In this document: positions 1-10,313 of the stretch, in pieces
Position numbering within the stretch: the first letter of the stretch is position 1
Layout: the number at the start of each line of letters is the position of its first letter
Source: a virus
Taxonomy: Duplodnaviria > Caudoviricetes
Length of the DNA: 64,000 nt
Reading direction: 5' to 3' (one strand)
IMG/VR virus record: IMGVR_UViG_3300021958_011541
Coordinates: 1 to 64,000 of that record
Made by a program: the position numbers and the translations under genes
The notes under the pieces: model-generated
Database searches by the model: none
Seen by the model: only the letters and a program-made list of their open reading frames with translations
Told to the model about the DNA's origin: nothing

Positions 1-767
1 TGAATAAAATTACCTACATCAACCCCTCTAAAAAATTTATGAGGTCTATAAGCGCCAAACCATTGCTCAGAAGTCTTTTCAAAAACAAAAACATATGGAC
101 TTCCAGCATCTGTTACAAATAATTTTCCTTCTTTATTAATTCTTACATCATGCGGGAATAAAATATCTGTAAATCTTGCTAAAGGGTCTTGCTGATTAAA
201 TTTTTCAACAGAATACATTAAGCATTCTCCAGTTCCATGAGATGCTACAAAGAAATAATCTTTGCAAGGAGATAGCAAAAGACTATCTGGGAACATTAGC
301 TCTCCACCGCCCGAAACTGAAATATTTTTACTAATGATTTGATAGTTTTGTTTAGATATTTTAAATCTTGATATGGAATGCTTAAAAACATTGCCTATAA
401 ATAATATTAAACATGTTGGCTCTTCTTTGGCGATAATACAAGTCGGCGCATCAATAAGCTCATCTGCTAATGTAAATTTGCTTTGCATTTTGTATGAAGA
501 AACATTGCTTACAAAAGATGGCAAGGTAAATAGCTCGACATTTCCCCATCGATTTGCTACAAAAAAATCTTTTTCATTTATAAAAAATAAACTATGCGGA
601 GCCTTAAGTTGATGGGAATAAATGATATAAGATTTAACTATCTCGCGCCCGTTAACTTCATTGGCATATATGCAATTATTTTTAAAATCCAAGATTAAAA
701 GAAATTTTCCGCACGGAGTAAATTGAAGATGCTCGCATCTTGGTCCGCTTTTAAATAGAGGTTTCAT
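1..767 (-). CDS. Beta-propeller (NHL/lactonase-like) protein, 3' end runs off the window
   Basis: Own translation from ATG at 767 is open to the window edge (MKPLFKSGPRCEHLQFTPCGK...). Repeated PH/PD-hydrophobic blades: APHSLFF..FFVAN, FPDSLLLSP..FFVAS, FPHDVRIN..LFVTDAG. Not in the ORF track. Confidence 0.65.
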   Translation of the reverse strand, partial: MKPLFKSGPRCEHLQFTPCGKFLLILDFKNNCIYANEVNGREIVKSYIIYSHQLKAPHSLFFINEKDFFVANRWGNVELFTLPSFVSNVSSYKMQSKFTLADELIDAPTCIIAKEEPTCLILFIGNVFKHSISRFKISKQNYQIISKNISVSGGGELMFPDSLLLSPCKDYFFVASHGTGECLMYSVEKFNQQDPLARFTDILFPHDVRINKEGKLFVTDAGSPYVFVFEKTSEQWFGAYRPHKFFRGVDVGNFI

Positions 768-771
768 TTTA

Positions 772-1410
772 TTATTTGAAATAGTCGGAAGGATAAGTTT
801 TAGTTTTTTCTGGCAAAAATAATTTATGTTCATGCCACTTCGAAGGTAGGATAACTAAATTAAACGCTAATTTAGGATATCGATTTTTAATTGACGCACA
901 AAGATCACGCATAACTTCTTTGGGATAATCAACATTATACATTGCAGGATCTGCCCAAGGATTGCGCTCGCAGTGTTTGGAGACGAAAATAAAATTTACC
1001 TTAAAAGATCCAGAATCACAATAAAAATCTAAATTTTTAATCCTTTGTTCGTATCTCTTTGCAAAGTTTTGAAAACCGTTTTTAATGAAATGATCTGACC
1101 CCTCTGTCCAAATATTTTTGTTTAAGTCTGCTTCTGGAGTAAAAGATTCATGATTGAAATAGAAACCATATTCATGATTAGATATAAGATAGTGTGCTTG
1201 GTCTTCAAAGGGTCGCCTGATTAGAAATGATCTCTCGGTAAATAAATTAAAGTTATCATTAAAACATTTTGTCACTCCCTTAACGTCCCCAACCATTAAA
1301 TCAAAGGGGCATGATTTGTAGCCCCCTTTTTTAGGGGGACGCATCTTGCTTCTTACACCAAATATACTGGATCTACAATCTTCTCCTAATGCTATTGATA
1401 TAATTGCCAT
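772..1410 (-). CDS. DUF1796-like putative papain-like peptidase
   Basis: N-terminal ISIALGEDC and SCPFDLM motifs, FNHE. Confidence 0.5.
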   Translation of the reverse strand: MAIISIALGEDCRSSIFGVRSKMRPPKKGGYKSCPFDLMVGDVKGVTKCFNDNFNLFTERSFLIRRPFEDQAHYLISNHEYGFYFNHESFTPEADLNKNIWTEGSDHFIKNGFQNFAKRYEQRIKNLDFYCDSGSFKVNFIFVSKHCERNPWADPAMYNVDYPKEVMRDLCASIKNRYPKLAFNLVILPSKWHEHKLFLPEKTKTYPSDYFK

Positions 1411-2393
1411 TATTTTTGAACTGATGAAACTTTATTCAAGAACTTGTTAAACTCGTATTTGCAAAATAAATCATTTTTAATAAAACTATCTCTAGCAATT
1501 TGAGACATTTGTAATTTCTTTTCTAGCGACAAATTAGTTAAAAGATTTACTGATCGTTTTAACTCTGCATGCTTAAAGGTTTGCAGGGGAATAGAAAAAA
1601 ATCCCCTTTCTGTTTTGCTTGTCGAATTAAGTAAAAAGCCAAAGTCTGAACGAATTAGCTCATTCATGGGAGGATAATCTGTAGATATAACAATTGAACC
1701 AAAACCTTTCGCTTCGTTTATGTAGTGCCCAAAAGATTCTGCTTCGCTGGGGCAAATGGCAAAACCACAACCTGACTGCAGTCTGAATTTATCTGATTCA
1801 TTCAACTTCTTAGAAAAGATTTTTATATTTTTTGATTTTTCGGCTTTTGCCATTAAATGTTCGCACTCCCTAAAGCAACTTCTATATTCTGGCCTATCTA
1901 AGCAAACTAAATTAAGTTCTGGGAAATTTGGTTCAGATAACCAGGTTTCTAAAACTATTCGAGTATTTTTTAATGGCGAAACTCCAGATAAATGTAAGAA
2001 TTTTTGATAATTTAAATTTTTAAGATCTATTTTGGGCGGGACTAGGCTTGTTGAGCTAATATATACAACTTCGTAGGTAAAATTATATACGTATTTTAAA
2101 TCTAAAAACAAATTCTTGCATAATTCTGACGCACAAAGAATATAATGAATTTTATCAAGATTGTCTATATTGAAAAAATGCTCTGGATAAGGCAATAGCA
2201 CATTAATTTTTGATCTTTTTAATAAATTTATATTTAATGATTCTAAGTGCAAGCAAACATCTAGAACTTCTCCTGCTTTTAAAACAGGATTTGTTTTAAC
2301 TCTAATACCATTCAGCTCTGCCTGCTTTTGAAAAAAGGCTACATATAATTGAGTTCCAAGGCCTGAGCCATGATTAATGCCCATTAAACCCAT
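1410..2393 (-). CDS. GT4-like (GT-B) glycosyltransferase
   Basis: C-terminal ICPSEAESFGHYINEAKGFGSIVISTDYPPMNE. Confidence 0.8.
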   Translation of the reverse strand: MGLMGINHGSGLGTQLYVAFFQKQAELNGIRVKTNPVLKAGEVLDVCLHLESLNINLLKRSKINVLLPYPEHFFNIDNLDKIHYILCASELCKNLFLDLKYVYNFTYEVVYISSTSLVPPKIDLKNLNYQKFLHLSGVSPLKNTRIVLETWLSEPNFPELNLVCLDRPEYRSCFRECEHLMAKAEKSKNIKIFSKKLNESDKFRLQSGCGFAICPSEAESFGHYINEAKGFGSIVISTDYPPMNELIRSDFGFLLNSTSKTERGFFSIPLQTFKHAELKRSVNLLTNLSLEKKLQMSQIARDSFIKNDLFCKYEFNKFLNKVSSVQK

Positions 2394-3025
2394 ATCGAAT
2401 GAGTGTAATGGTTTGCATGAGTTCCAGAGCCATTTCCAAATTCAGACATATTAAAAATATGTATATTACCTTTAAATAAATCTTTTTTTCTGAAAATCTC
2501 ATTTAACCTCTCTGGTCCAGTGTCCAGAAGAGGATTGTCGTGAACATTAAAAGCTAAAGAAATTTCATTTAAAATACATTTCAAATGATAAGATTGTTTT
2601 GGCGCTCCAAAAAACGCTTGCCCAATAACCCACTTGCCTTCAGAGTCTTCTTCGAAGCATTCGTTCCGCAATTCAATATTTCTATTTGCTTTGTAAGAAA
2701 CAAAATCGCAAGAATTAACTTTATCTGGCAGAGGGCGCGCAAAAATAAAGTCTAAATCCGCGTAAAAACCCCCAAAATTATAAATTAAAACATAGCGAAA
2801 AAAATCTACCTTTTTTATGTGGTGATCTAAGCAATGAAAGGTGTTTTTCCACAAAGAAGGCTGCGTATTCATATAAGAATGCATTTTCTCGTCTGTCCAT
2901 AATCTGTATCTGTAATCTTTAAAAAATTTAAGTATAGAATTCTTTGATTGCAGGCCTATTTTCCCATCTGAATAAGAAGAAAGTTCTTCTTCTCTCCAGG
3001 TTTGAAAGAAATTTTTTTGTATCAT
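2384..3025 (-). CDS. GT32 (OCH1-like, DXD) glycosyltransferase
   Basis: FFQTW, DFFRYVLIYNFGGFYADLD, TGP. Confidence 0.85.
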   Translation of the reverse strand: MIQKNFFQTWREEELSSYSDGKIGLQSKNSILKFFKDYRYRLWTDEKMHSYMNTQPSLWKNTFHCLDHHIKKVDFFRYVLIYNFGGFYADLDFIFARPLPDKVNSCDFVSYKANRNIELRNECFEEDSEGKWVIGQAFFGAPKQSYHLKCILNEISLAFNVHDNPLLDTGPERLNEIFRKKDLFKGNIHIFNMSEFGNGSGTHANHYTHSIWV

Positions 3026-3030
3026 ACCTA

Positions 3031-3609
3031 TTATATGCCTTTAGAAATTTTTTGCCAATGTTTTGCTTGAAGATTAAATTCTGGCAAAAACTTAATAACT
3101 TTATTTACGCTGTCTTTAGAGATATCAAAAATCAATAACCTATCTTTTTTATCCTTAAAGAAATCTTGAACTTCTTTTGAGTGATTTAAGAAATGAGATT
3201 CCCAATGTTTTATTAAATCTAATTTTGATATTTTAAGTATTTTTAAGCAATGATTCAGATATTTTCCATCGTCATGCTTTAGTCTTGAGTTTATCCATTC
3301 ATGCAAAGGTCTTATATTAAGAATGAATTTTGAATCTGGGAATTGATCAAATATTTCCCGATAAAATCTGTAAGAAAATATAGGCAAATAATTTGAACCG
3401 TAAACGTCTTCTAGGTCAGAAAAAAAAATAATATTTTCGTATTCTTTAGGAATGATTCTTTCTCCATTTAAAAAATTCGCAAGCATTTTTTTTGCAATTT
3501 TACCTTGATCTGTGTGCCAGTGCAGAGCGGGAACTGAATTGTCTGCAAAAAACCTATAAAGCGATCTTGTTCCACATTTATTAAAACCTACCTGAAATAC
3601 TTTATTCAT
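3031..3609 (-). CDS. Sulfotransferase-family protein (P-loop type, Sulfotransfer_4-like)
   Basis: KVFQVGFNKCGTRSL, FPDSKFILNIRPLHEWINS. Confidence 0.75.
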   Translation of the reverse strand: MNKVFQVGFNKCGTRSLYRFFADNSVPALHWHTDQGKIAKKMLANFLNGERIIPKEYENIIFFSDLEDVYGSNYLPIFSYRFYREIFDQFPDSKFILNIRPLHEWINSRLKHDDGKYLNHCLKILKISKLDLIKHWESHFLNHSKEVQDFFKDKKDRLLIFDISKDSVNKVIKFLPEFNLQAKHWQKISKGI

Positions 3610-4336
3610 CTAAGATTATGTACTTTTCTAGGTAGTTATAATATGCGAGGTAATCATCTATAAAAACAAAATTATCTTTAGACTTTAAGAACACCTCTTC
3701 AAGGAAAATGCCGTCTGCATTGTAGGCGTTTTCTGGGAAGCGGGAGTCACCGATTAGACCACGATCTATACAACACATGGAACTATCTATGTGATCAACT
3801 TTAGGGCTACATGGATAAAGACAATGTTCGTGGTCTTTTACACCTTTTAAAAGTTCTAAATAATTTTGAATAGCAAATTTAAAAGTGGGCACTCCAGACC
3901 TAGTAACTTTCTTGGTCTGATGTAAACCTAATAAAAAAAGATGCCATTCATTTTTAAATTTTCGTATAACTATAGGCTCTGCAGGAGTAAATTTACTTAA
4001 AAAAGAGTAAAATCTATTTGTTTGAAATAAACCAAAGTGCGCCCAAAATTTTGGATTAAATATATTATCGTCATCCAAGAAGTAAACTAAACCTGTTTTT
4101 ATTTCATTCAAGGCGAGATTTCTTAAACTGTTGCCCACAAAAGATTTTTCTAAAGCAAAATTCTGAATTATATTTATTCCGCCGTATGTTTCTGGCATTT
4201 CTACGTAAGGCTTAACTCCATAATCATATACTATATACCAGTAAACCTCCGTATCGTCTGGTTTCTGTATGCTTTTAAGTAAAAATTTTAAGTTCCCTGG
4301 CCTGGAGCATGGAGTAACAATATTTAAAATTTTCAT
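3602..4336 (-). CDS. GT2-like (GT-A) glycosyltransferase
   Basis: IVTPCSRP, RNLAL, VYFLDDDN, IDSS, YNADG. Confidence 0.7.
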   Translation of the reverse strand: MKILNIVTPCSRPGNLKFLLKSIQKPDDTEVYWYIVYDYGVKPYVEMPETYGGINIIQNFALEKSFVGNSLRNLALNEIKTGLVYFLDDDNIFNPKFWAHFGLFQTNRFYSFLSKFTPAEPIVIRKFKNEWHLFLLGLHQTKKVTRSGVPTFKFAIQNYLELLKGVKDHEHCLYPCSPKVDHIDSSMCCIDRGLIGDSRFPENAYNADGIFLEEVFLKSKDNFVFIDDYLAYYNYLEKYIILDE

Positions 4337-4353
4337 AAAGCCTAAAGAACTTT

Positions 4354-4536
4354 TTATTCACCATTTAAAAATTTATATAGTACTTGAAATTCGTTTAACC
4401 CAATGTATTTTACGAAATACAAACAAAACTCCGCTAATCTCGCGTGACTCCAATCTTCGGAAAAAATAATCTCTCCCACTTCAAAGTAATCTCCATCTTG
4501 CCATAGCTCCGTTAATTTTATAAATTCAGTCTTCAT
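4354..4536 (-). CDS. Hypothetical phage protein
   Basis: Tightly packed ORF in the dominant orientation. Confidence 0.55.
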   Translation of the reverse strand: MKTEFIKLTELWQDGDYFEVGEIIFSEDWSHARLAEFCLYFVKYIGLNEFQVLYKFLNGE

Positions 4537-4735
4537 ATTTTTTAATTAATTCCCATTTGTTAGAATACCTATTGTAGCACTCTATTGAAATAGTTGCAAC
4601 GTCTAAATGTTTTTTTGAGGTTATATAATCATGAAAAGATAGAGCTTCCTCGGCTCCTTCTGCCATATAATAATGATAGCTTGTTTTAATGGCATGATCA
4701 TGCCTATACTTAATTCTGTACTCCTCTAAAGCCAT
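4526..4735 (-). CDS. Hypothetical phage protein
   Basis: Overlapping start/stop with neighbours. Confidence 0.55.
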   Translation of the reverse strand: MALEEYRIKYRHDHAIKTSYHYYMAEGAEEALSFHDYITSKKHLDVATISIECYNRYSNKWELIKKYED

Positions 4736-5052
4736 GGTTGATTATTAAATACCGTTTCTTCTTTAAGTGATTGTATATAATCCATTGCATACTTAATTGC
4801 TAAGATTTGATTCTTGATAGATTCTAATTTTACAGGATCATCTGTTTCTATGCAAGAATAATTATTCAAAAGATCTCCAAGTGCTCCAATACAAAATCGC
4901 ATGCCTTCTTGGCGGCCCTTGGCGTAATTTAAGTCCAACTCTTCTTTGTGCAACTCCGTGCTAAAATTATTTGCTATTAAATCTTCTTCCGCTTCGGAAT
5001 ATCCATCATTAAAACCTCTAAGATATTCTTCTGAAAAGTCTTCTGAATCCAT
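4726..5052 (-). CDS. Hypothetical protein
   Basis: ORF with YxxGFxDGY-type repeats; C-terminus resembles that of 15662-15976 (IxAIKYxxDY). Confidence 0.55.
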   Translation of the reverse strand: MDSEDFSEEYLRGFNDGYSEAEEDLIANNFSTELHKEELDLNYAKGRQEGMRFCIGALGDLLNNYSCIETDDPVKLESIKNQILAIKYAMDYIQSLKEETVFNNQPWL

Positions 5053-5053
5053 T

Positions 5054-5719
5054 TTACTGTTCTATAAAAATAAAATTAGCGCCCGTTCCTGGCGAATTTA
5101 TATTCTCTCCACTTGAACTTCCAACAAAATTTGGACGAATTAAATAAATTTCATCTTTTTTAATTTCTCCCAAACTTAATGATTCTTGCAAACAATTGCC
5201 AAGACATATTTCTCCCGCATGCTCCGAAAGATCTAAAATATCGTTTGCGGGTTCGCCTGATGAGTTTTTCCGACCTGCAGAAACATCATAGTTCTTGATG
5301 TAATTCATCTGCCTCAGCCAAATGGGCGATCCTTTTACACTTGCAAAAAAACTATTTGTCATTCCGCCAAGATCTTGTTCGTTGGAAGCTAAAGAGCGAA
5401 GAACTAACTTGTGCCACTTGGGTATTAATGGATCTATGTTTCTTCGGAATTGTGTATTTATATCAGCATAAACTCCTCCATAGTGATGCATAATTGCAGG
5501 TATGGCCGCTTGCCATTTTTTTATTTGGGGATATAAATAAAACCAGGTTAGAAAAAAATCTGGATATTTACTTTGAATGAGGTCAAAAACATCATCTTCA
5601 GTCCAAAGCTTGTATTCCCAATCTGGATGAAACTTGAGGAAGTTTTGTTTCGCTAGATTGACTTTGTTTTCTGGCGATAAATGTGCTTGGTGTAATATTT
5701 GAGGAATTCTTTCTAACAT
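5054..5719 (-). CDS. GT32-like glycosyltransferase
   Basis: RIPQILHQ, HPDWEYKLWTE, HHYGGVYADIN. Confidence 0.8.
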   Translation of the reverse strand: MLERIPQILHQAHLSPENKVNLAKQNFLKFHPDWEYKLWTEDDVFDLIQSKYPDFFLTWFYLYPQIKKWQAAIPAIMHHYGGVYADINTQFRRNIDPLIPKWHKLVLRSLASNEQDLGGMTNSFFASVKGSPIWLRQMNYIKNYDVSAGRKNSSGEPANDILDLSEHAGEICLGNCLQESLSLGEIKKDEIYLIRPNFVGSSSGENINSPGTGANFIFIEQ

Positions 5720-5759
5720 ATATATTATATTATATATCGAATCATCAAAATATTAAACT

Positions 5760-7004
5760 TTAAGGCGATATTATCCTTCGTAATGCTGCTGTTATTTTTC
5801 TATCTCCTCTGTCATTTAAATGGTTCACATCTTTAGTGTCTTCAGGTTTTATGGTTTTAGACGCATTATAAAAACTAATTTCTAAATCTTGACAAAACTT
5901 TGAAAGGGTATCGATTAGCCGAGATCTATTAGGGAATTTATTAATATTAATGTGTGTGGTAATTATTAATTTTTTGCCTGCAGTTATTTGTTTTATAATC
6001 TTCAAATCATCATAAAGTTCTTGATCTGTTTGAATGCGGAAGTTGCCTTTATGATTTTCAGATCTCCCTGGCGCATCGCCACCATCAACAGCTAAATGAT
6101 GTAAATAAAACCCTTTTTCTTCGTAAATTTTGATAGAACAAATTTCAACGACAACTGTGTTAGAATGAGTATATTCATATAATAAAGAGCGTCTATTAAT
6201 AGAAATTAATGGCCGTTTTTTTTTGTTTTGAAGGTACTGCCTACGAAAAACTTTTGACTCTAAGTGGCTGGGTATATCTAAGTTGCCTTTAATATATTGA
6301 ATGTACTGAATAAACTCTTTAGTGTTATGAGTATGATGTATTCGATGATGATATGAGTCAGGGTTTAATGATTTATATCTACCTGATGTACTAATAAAGA
6401 TTGGGTCCTTCATCGCTTTTTCTCCAAATTTGTATCCAAGGTAATTAATATCTCTTTCGTATCTTTCGGCAACTATTTGTCTTGTTTCATTATCATAATA
6501 TTCTGTATAATCTTTTTTGTGAAATATTTGAACTTTTCTAGAATGAATGCTACTATCAATAGATACACCTATTTTCTCTGATATATATTCAAGGTCATTT
6601 GTTCTATTTTCGAAACGACCAATAAAATCTATTTGCTCGGGGTCAAAATAATCATGGAAGATTTCTCCTTGTTCATGACGTGGAGTTTTGTAATGTTCAA
6701 GAAAATATTTTAGCGATTTCCCTGCCTCCGCTCCAATTGCGGGCCCTCGTTTACAATGGCCAGAAAAGTAAGGGTCAAGATATTTTGATATCATCAAATC
6801 CCAAGGGTTTCTTACAAATGTAAATTTAAAATATTTATCAAACCGATTTTTTGGCTGTTTTTCTTTATACCAATATAAATTAAAATGCTTTCTATTTATA
6901 TCTTTATGAGAACTTCTGTTGCGGGCTTGAAAGAATGTTTCAATGCTTGTGCCGCCTGTTCTTGGGATATGAATGAAAATAAATTTATGCCTGTGATTAA
7001 TCAT
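5760..7004 (-). CDS. Sulfotransfer_2-family sulfotransferase fused to an unknown C-terminal protein
   Basis: FIHIPRTGGTS (5'-PSB), FVRNPWD (3'-PB), DFIGRFE, GYKFGE, then an internal ATG at 6413. Confidence 0.85.
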   Translation of the reverse strand: MINHRHKFIFIHIPRTGGTSIETFFQARNRSSHKDINRKHFNLYWYKEKQPKNRFDKYFKFTFVRNPWDLMISKYLDPYFSGHCKRGPAIGAEAGKSLKYFLEHYKTPRHEQGEIFHDYFDPEQIDFIGRFENRTNDLEYISEKIGVSIDSSIHSRKVQIFHKKDYTEYYDNETRQIVAERYERDINYLGYKFGEKAMKDPIFISTSGRYKSLNPDSYHHRIHHTHNTKEFIQYIQYIKGNLDIPSHLESKVFRRQYLQNKKKRPLISINRRSLLYEYTHSNTVVVEICSIKIYEEKGFYLHHLAVDGGDAPGRSENHKGNFRIQTDQELYDDLKIIKQITAGKKLIITTHININKFPNRSRLIDTLSKFCQDLEISFYNASKTIKPEDTKDVNHLNDRGDRKITAALRRIISP

Positions 7005-7111
7005 TCTAAGCGGGAATTAAATTATGTATATAAGTTTTTTTTCATTTCTTATAAGAAGATACACATTATTCTCTGTTAGTAATATAACACTCAATTGGAC
7101 TAAGTCATCTT

Positions 7112-7735
7112 TTATTCTCCAAATTTGTATCCAAAACGTTGAATATCTCTCGAAAATGCCGCAGCAATAATTTGTTTTGTTTCGTCATCATAGTATGATG
7201 CGTAGTGTTTGCGCTTTGTTTTGTTTAAATGCGGAAGTTTTTGATGACCAATTCCAATTTTTTCGCAGACAATGTCAAAATCTGCTTGAAAATTTTCGAA
7301 TTTTCCAATGAAATTTATCTTATCATTAAGCCAGTGTAACTGGCCATTATTTTGGTGATAGCATTCATTTATGAATGAGGAGTGTGTTTTTATGAAAAAA
7401 TTAAAACCCTTTTGTTTGAGTATGTGGCCGTATTTTTTTCTTATATTTGCCTTGGTATTTTGTACCCACCAATTATAAGAGGATACCATTAAATCCCATG
7501 GATTTCTCACAAATGCAAAGCAGAAAAAGTTTTGATGTTTCATGTCTAGCTCGTGCATTCTAGCATGCTTAATAGTCCATAACCTTGGATCTAGAACCTG
7601 GCACTCGCAACCCACTCTTCTTTCTTGCAAAGATTTGAATTCATTTCGAGATAAAACCGATGAAATCGTTGACCCTCCAGTTTTTGGTATATGTATAAAT
7701 GTCGCTTTATGTTTTTCACTGATCATTTTATCCAC
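7112..7735 (-). CDS. Sulfotransfer_2-family sulfotransferase
   Basis: FIHIPKTGGST, FVRNPWD, FIGKFE, GYKFGE*. Confidence 0.9.
   Translation of the reverse strand: MDKMISEKHKATFIHIPKTGGSTISSVLSRNEFKSLQERRVGCECQVLDPRLWTIKHARMHELDMKHQNFFCFAFVRNPWDLMVSSYNWWVQNTKANIRKKYGHILKQKGFNFFIKTHSSFINECYHQNNGQLHWLNDKINFIGKFENFQADFDIVCEKIGIGHQKLPHLNKTKRKHYASYYDDETKQIIAAAFSRDIQRFGYKFGE
7250..7317. repeat. 68-bp perfect direct repeat, second copy at 11013-11080
   Basis: aattccaattttttcgcagacaatgtcaaaatctgcttgaaaattttcgaattttccaatgaaattta, identical in two sulfotransferase genes. Confidence 0.9.
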
Positions 7736-7747
7736 TATTCCCGAATA

Positions 7748-8446
7748 CTATGATTTTAATAATTGTTTCTTTGGCCGCTTATACAAATAAGATGGTAGTC
7801 TATTGCTCCAGTCAGACAAAGCAGAGTGTGGTATTTTTTCATCTATTTGAACCATGTTATCTATAGTATATTTAATTCTGTCATCTCTGTCGTACAAGCG
7901 TGTTAGCGCTTTATGAGCTTCAAAATACTTAGATGGATTCACAACATTACCTCTAATTTTGCCAGTATTCCAATCTAATGGGCCAAATAGGAAATCATCT
8001 ATAAATTCATCGAGCCATGCTTTAATTAAATAATGCCTTTGAGAATTTGCTGCGAGAAACCAACTGGCGATTTCTCTTCGATATGACCGTTTTTTAAATC
8101 GATATGCAAAAAATCCAGTGTCGTTCAGTATATTATAAATAAAATGATCCAGTGGTAGCATTGGATACACGCTCGCGTCCGCCCAAATACCACCGTATTG
8201 ATTTAGTAATAATAATCTTATTAACTCACTCTTTGCCACAAGATTTCTGTCAAATTTGGATTCCTTGATAATATCAAAATATTTAGGAACATAGTTCGCA
8301 ATTGTTTTGTTTGAAAGAATATTTACTTGCCAGCCTGGATTAAGCTGTCTCCATTTTTTTATACATTCTTGATTTAATGGAGGCATACCAGTATCGTTTT
8401 CGCCCTGAAACCAACACATCCATATTGTTTTGTTCATCATAATCAA
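7748..8446 (-). CDS. Capsular polysaccharide synthesis protein (Caps_synth/GT32-like)
   Basis: TIWMCWFQG, SELIRLLLLNQYGGIWADAS, SWF. Confidence 0.85.
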   Translation of the reverse strand: MIMMNKTIWMCWFQGENDTGMPPLNQECIKKWRQLNPGWQVNILSNKTIANYVPKYFDIIKESKFDRNLVAKSELIRLLLLNQYGGIWADASVYPMLPLDHFIYNILNDTGFFAYRFKKRSYRREIASWFLAANSQRHYLIKAWLDEFIDDFLFGPLDWNTGKIRGNVVNPSKYFEAHKALTRLYDRDDRIKYTIDNMVQIDEKIPHSALSDWSNRLPSYLYKRPKKQLLKS

Positions 8447-8461
8447 AAAAAGAATATATCT

Positions 8462-9055
8462 TTATCCGAATGGAAAACCTTCTTTTAAATACTTCGCATG
8501 TTGTTCTGCATTGTAGTAATCCCAGCCTGTTTTTTCGCAAATTCTTTTAACTAATTCTAGGAAATATAACGCTTTAGGATGATATGCGTGATCTGTTGCT
8601 ATGGCATCTACCCCACATTCTTCTATAATTTTATGCGCCTGAATATCTAGATTAAACTTTTCCGCCCTTTCTTTCATGCCTAATAAACCCGTTATCTCTT
8701 CATATTCTTTTTTTTCTATCATGATTTTTTTATCTGGTTTTTGATAATAAAAGCAAGATATTGATATTAGTTTAGCATTATTTCTATATTTCTGAATATC
8801 TTCGTAATTAAAATATTTTAGTCTAGATGGCCTAATTGGTTGGTATATGATGTAGTCAGACTCTGCGAGTCTATTTTGGGCTTGATTGCAGTCTGCGATT
8901 GTTGGAGTGAGCCTACCTCTACAATAATTCTCTTTATGGTGCTGCCACGTTCCGATATCAATATATATATACTTAGTATCAAAACTTGGATCAAGCTGTT
9001 GAATGTACCAAGTCAGTGATTTTATTTGACAGTTTCCGATTAATGAAATTTTCAT
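8462..9055 (-). CDS. WcbI-like polysaccharide biosynthesis protein; likely start 9055
   Basis: N-terminal ISLIGNCQ, late HPK motif; the ORF-track extension to 9154 overlaps the upstream gene. Confidence 0.5.
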   Translation of the reverse strand: MKISLIGNCQIKSLTWYIQQLDPSFDTKYIYIDIGTWQHHKENYCRGRLTPTIADCNQAQNRLAESDYIIYQPIRPSRLKYFNYEDIQKYRNNAKLISISCFYYQKPDKKIMIEKKEYEEITGLLGMKERAEKFNLDIQAHKIIEECGVDAIATDHAYHPKALYFLELVKRICEKTGWDYYNAEQHAKYLKEGFPFG

Positions 9056-9077
9056 ATATAAATATATAATTATATAA

Positions 9078-9662
9078 TTATTCTCCGAATTTATACCCAA
9101 AATACTCAATATCTTTGGCGTATTTTTCCGAAACGATTTGCTTCGTTTCTTCATCGTAGTATTCGGCGTAGTGTTTGTGTTTGCTTTTGTTTAAATGTGG
9201 AAGTTTTTGTCGTGGAATTCCAACCTCGTCGCAAAAAGATGCAAAATCTGAAGCTAGATTTTCGTGCCTAAGTATACCAATTTTCTTGCCCCCGAAATAT
9301 TGATAATAGTTTATATCCATCCATTGATTGGAGAGTTTTAAGAAATCAAGAAATGATTCATTCTCTTGCAAGAATCTTCTGCGCCATAGCCACCAAGAAA
9401 CCATTCTTTCATATGGATTGCGTACTACTCCGTACAGTTTATATGTATTTATATAATCACTTGAATACGTTTTAAGTTCCGTGTGCTTTCTGTGCTCACT
9501 AGATCCATTCTCTAAAAAATCAAATGTACCAAGTGTCGGCTGATCGATTATCTTAGAGATATCTACAAAATCCATTAGCGCTTTAACCAAGGTTGTTGAT
9601 GCCGTCTTTGGTGGTAGTATTAGAATAAATTTATGTTTGTGAGATATCATTTTAGTATCCAA
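9078..9662 (-). CDS. Sulfotransfer_2-family sulfotransferase
   Basis: PPKTASTT, VVRNPYER, GYKFGE*. Confidence 0.85.
   Translation of the reverse strand: MDTKMISHKHKFILILPPKTASTTLVKALMDFVDISKIIDQPTLGTFDFLENGSSEHRKHTELKTYSSDYINTYKLYGVVRNPYERMVSWWLWRRRFLQENESFLDFLKLSNQWMDINYYQYFGGKKIGILRHENLASDFASFCDEVGIPRQKLPHLNKSKHKHYAEYYDEETKQIVSEKYAKDIEYFGYKFGE
9156..9223. repeat. 68-bp near-perfect direct repeat (2 mismatches), second copy at 10953-11020
   Basis: gtagtattcgg(c/t)gtagtgtttgtgtttgcttttgt(t/a)taaatgtggaagtttttgtcgtggaattccaa. Confidence 0.85.
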
Positions 9663-10309
9663 AGGTTTTTGTATTTTAAAAATTTCTCACGATTAATCTG
9701 TTTTGGTAAGAGTGGGTGAGCGACATATGTTTTTTCATCATGAGGTTGAGCTCTTGATACAATTGATTGATCTAAAGTTTTTAATTTTAAATTCTCATAT
9801 TCTGGATTATTAAAGAGTTCTAGATTAAATTCTTTTTGGTCGTCAAAGTTATCCTGTATGTCTTTATTTAAAATATTTTCAAATAACTGCTTAACGATAG
9901 TAGATGATTTATAGTATATCCACCCCATGCATAATGTATGTCCAATCTTTTCGTAAATATTTTGTGGGAATGTTCCTGTCGATGCAACAATATCATAATC
10001 TTTTTCTATAAAAATTAATGGATTTTTAAGCCAAATTGCATCAAGGTCAGAGTGTAAAACATTTATGCCTTCATTTAATAATTTAAAAATCGACTTTAAT
10101 CTTTTTCTCCAGCTCCATAAATGAGCTTCCCCTTTAAAAATATCTAAAGGTAATAATTCAGTGTTAATTTCATTTTCAACTAAATAATCATATATATCTT
10201 GATCTAAGGAATATATTGTATAGTTTTCAATTCCATGGCGATGCAAATAAAGAGCCCAATTGTGAGCTATTCTTTTGTATTTACTATCCCCGAATGCGAT
10301 TATTTTCAT
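9647..10309 (-). CDS. Nucleotide-diphospho-sugar transferase (GT77-like); likely start 10309
   Basis: VLHSDLDAIWLKNP, LCMGWIY, DDQKEFN. Confidence 0.75.
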   Translation of the reverse strand: MKIIAFGDSKYKRIAHNWALYLHRHGIENYTIYSLDQDIYDYLVENEINTELLPLDIFKGEAHLWSWRKRLKSIFKLLNEGINVLHSDLDAIWLKNPLIFIEKDYDIVASTGTFPQNIYEKIGHTLCMGWIYYKSSTIVKQLFENILNKDIQDNFDDQKEFNLELFNNPEYENLKLKTLDQSIVSRAQPHDEKTYVAHPLLPKQINREKFLKYKNLWILK

Positions 10310-10313
10310 AATT

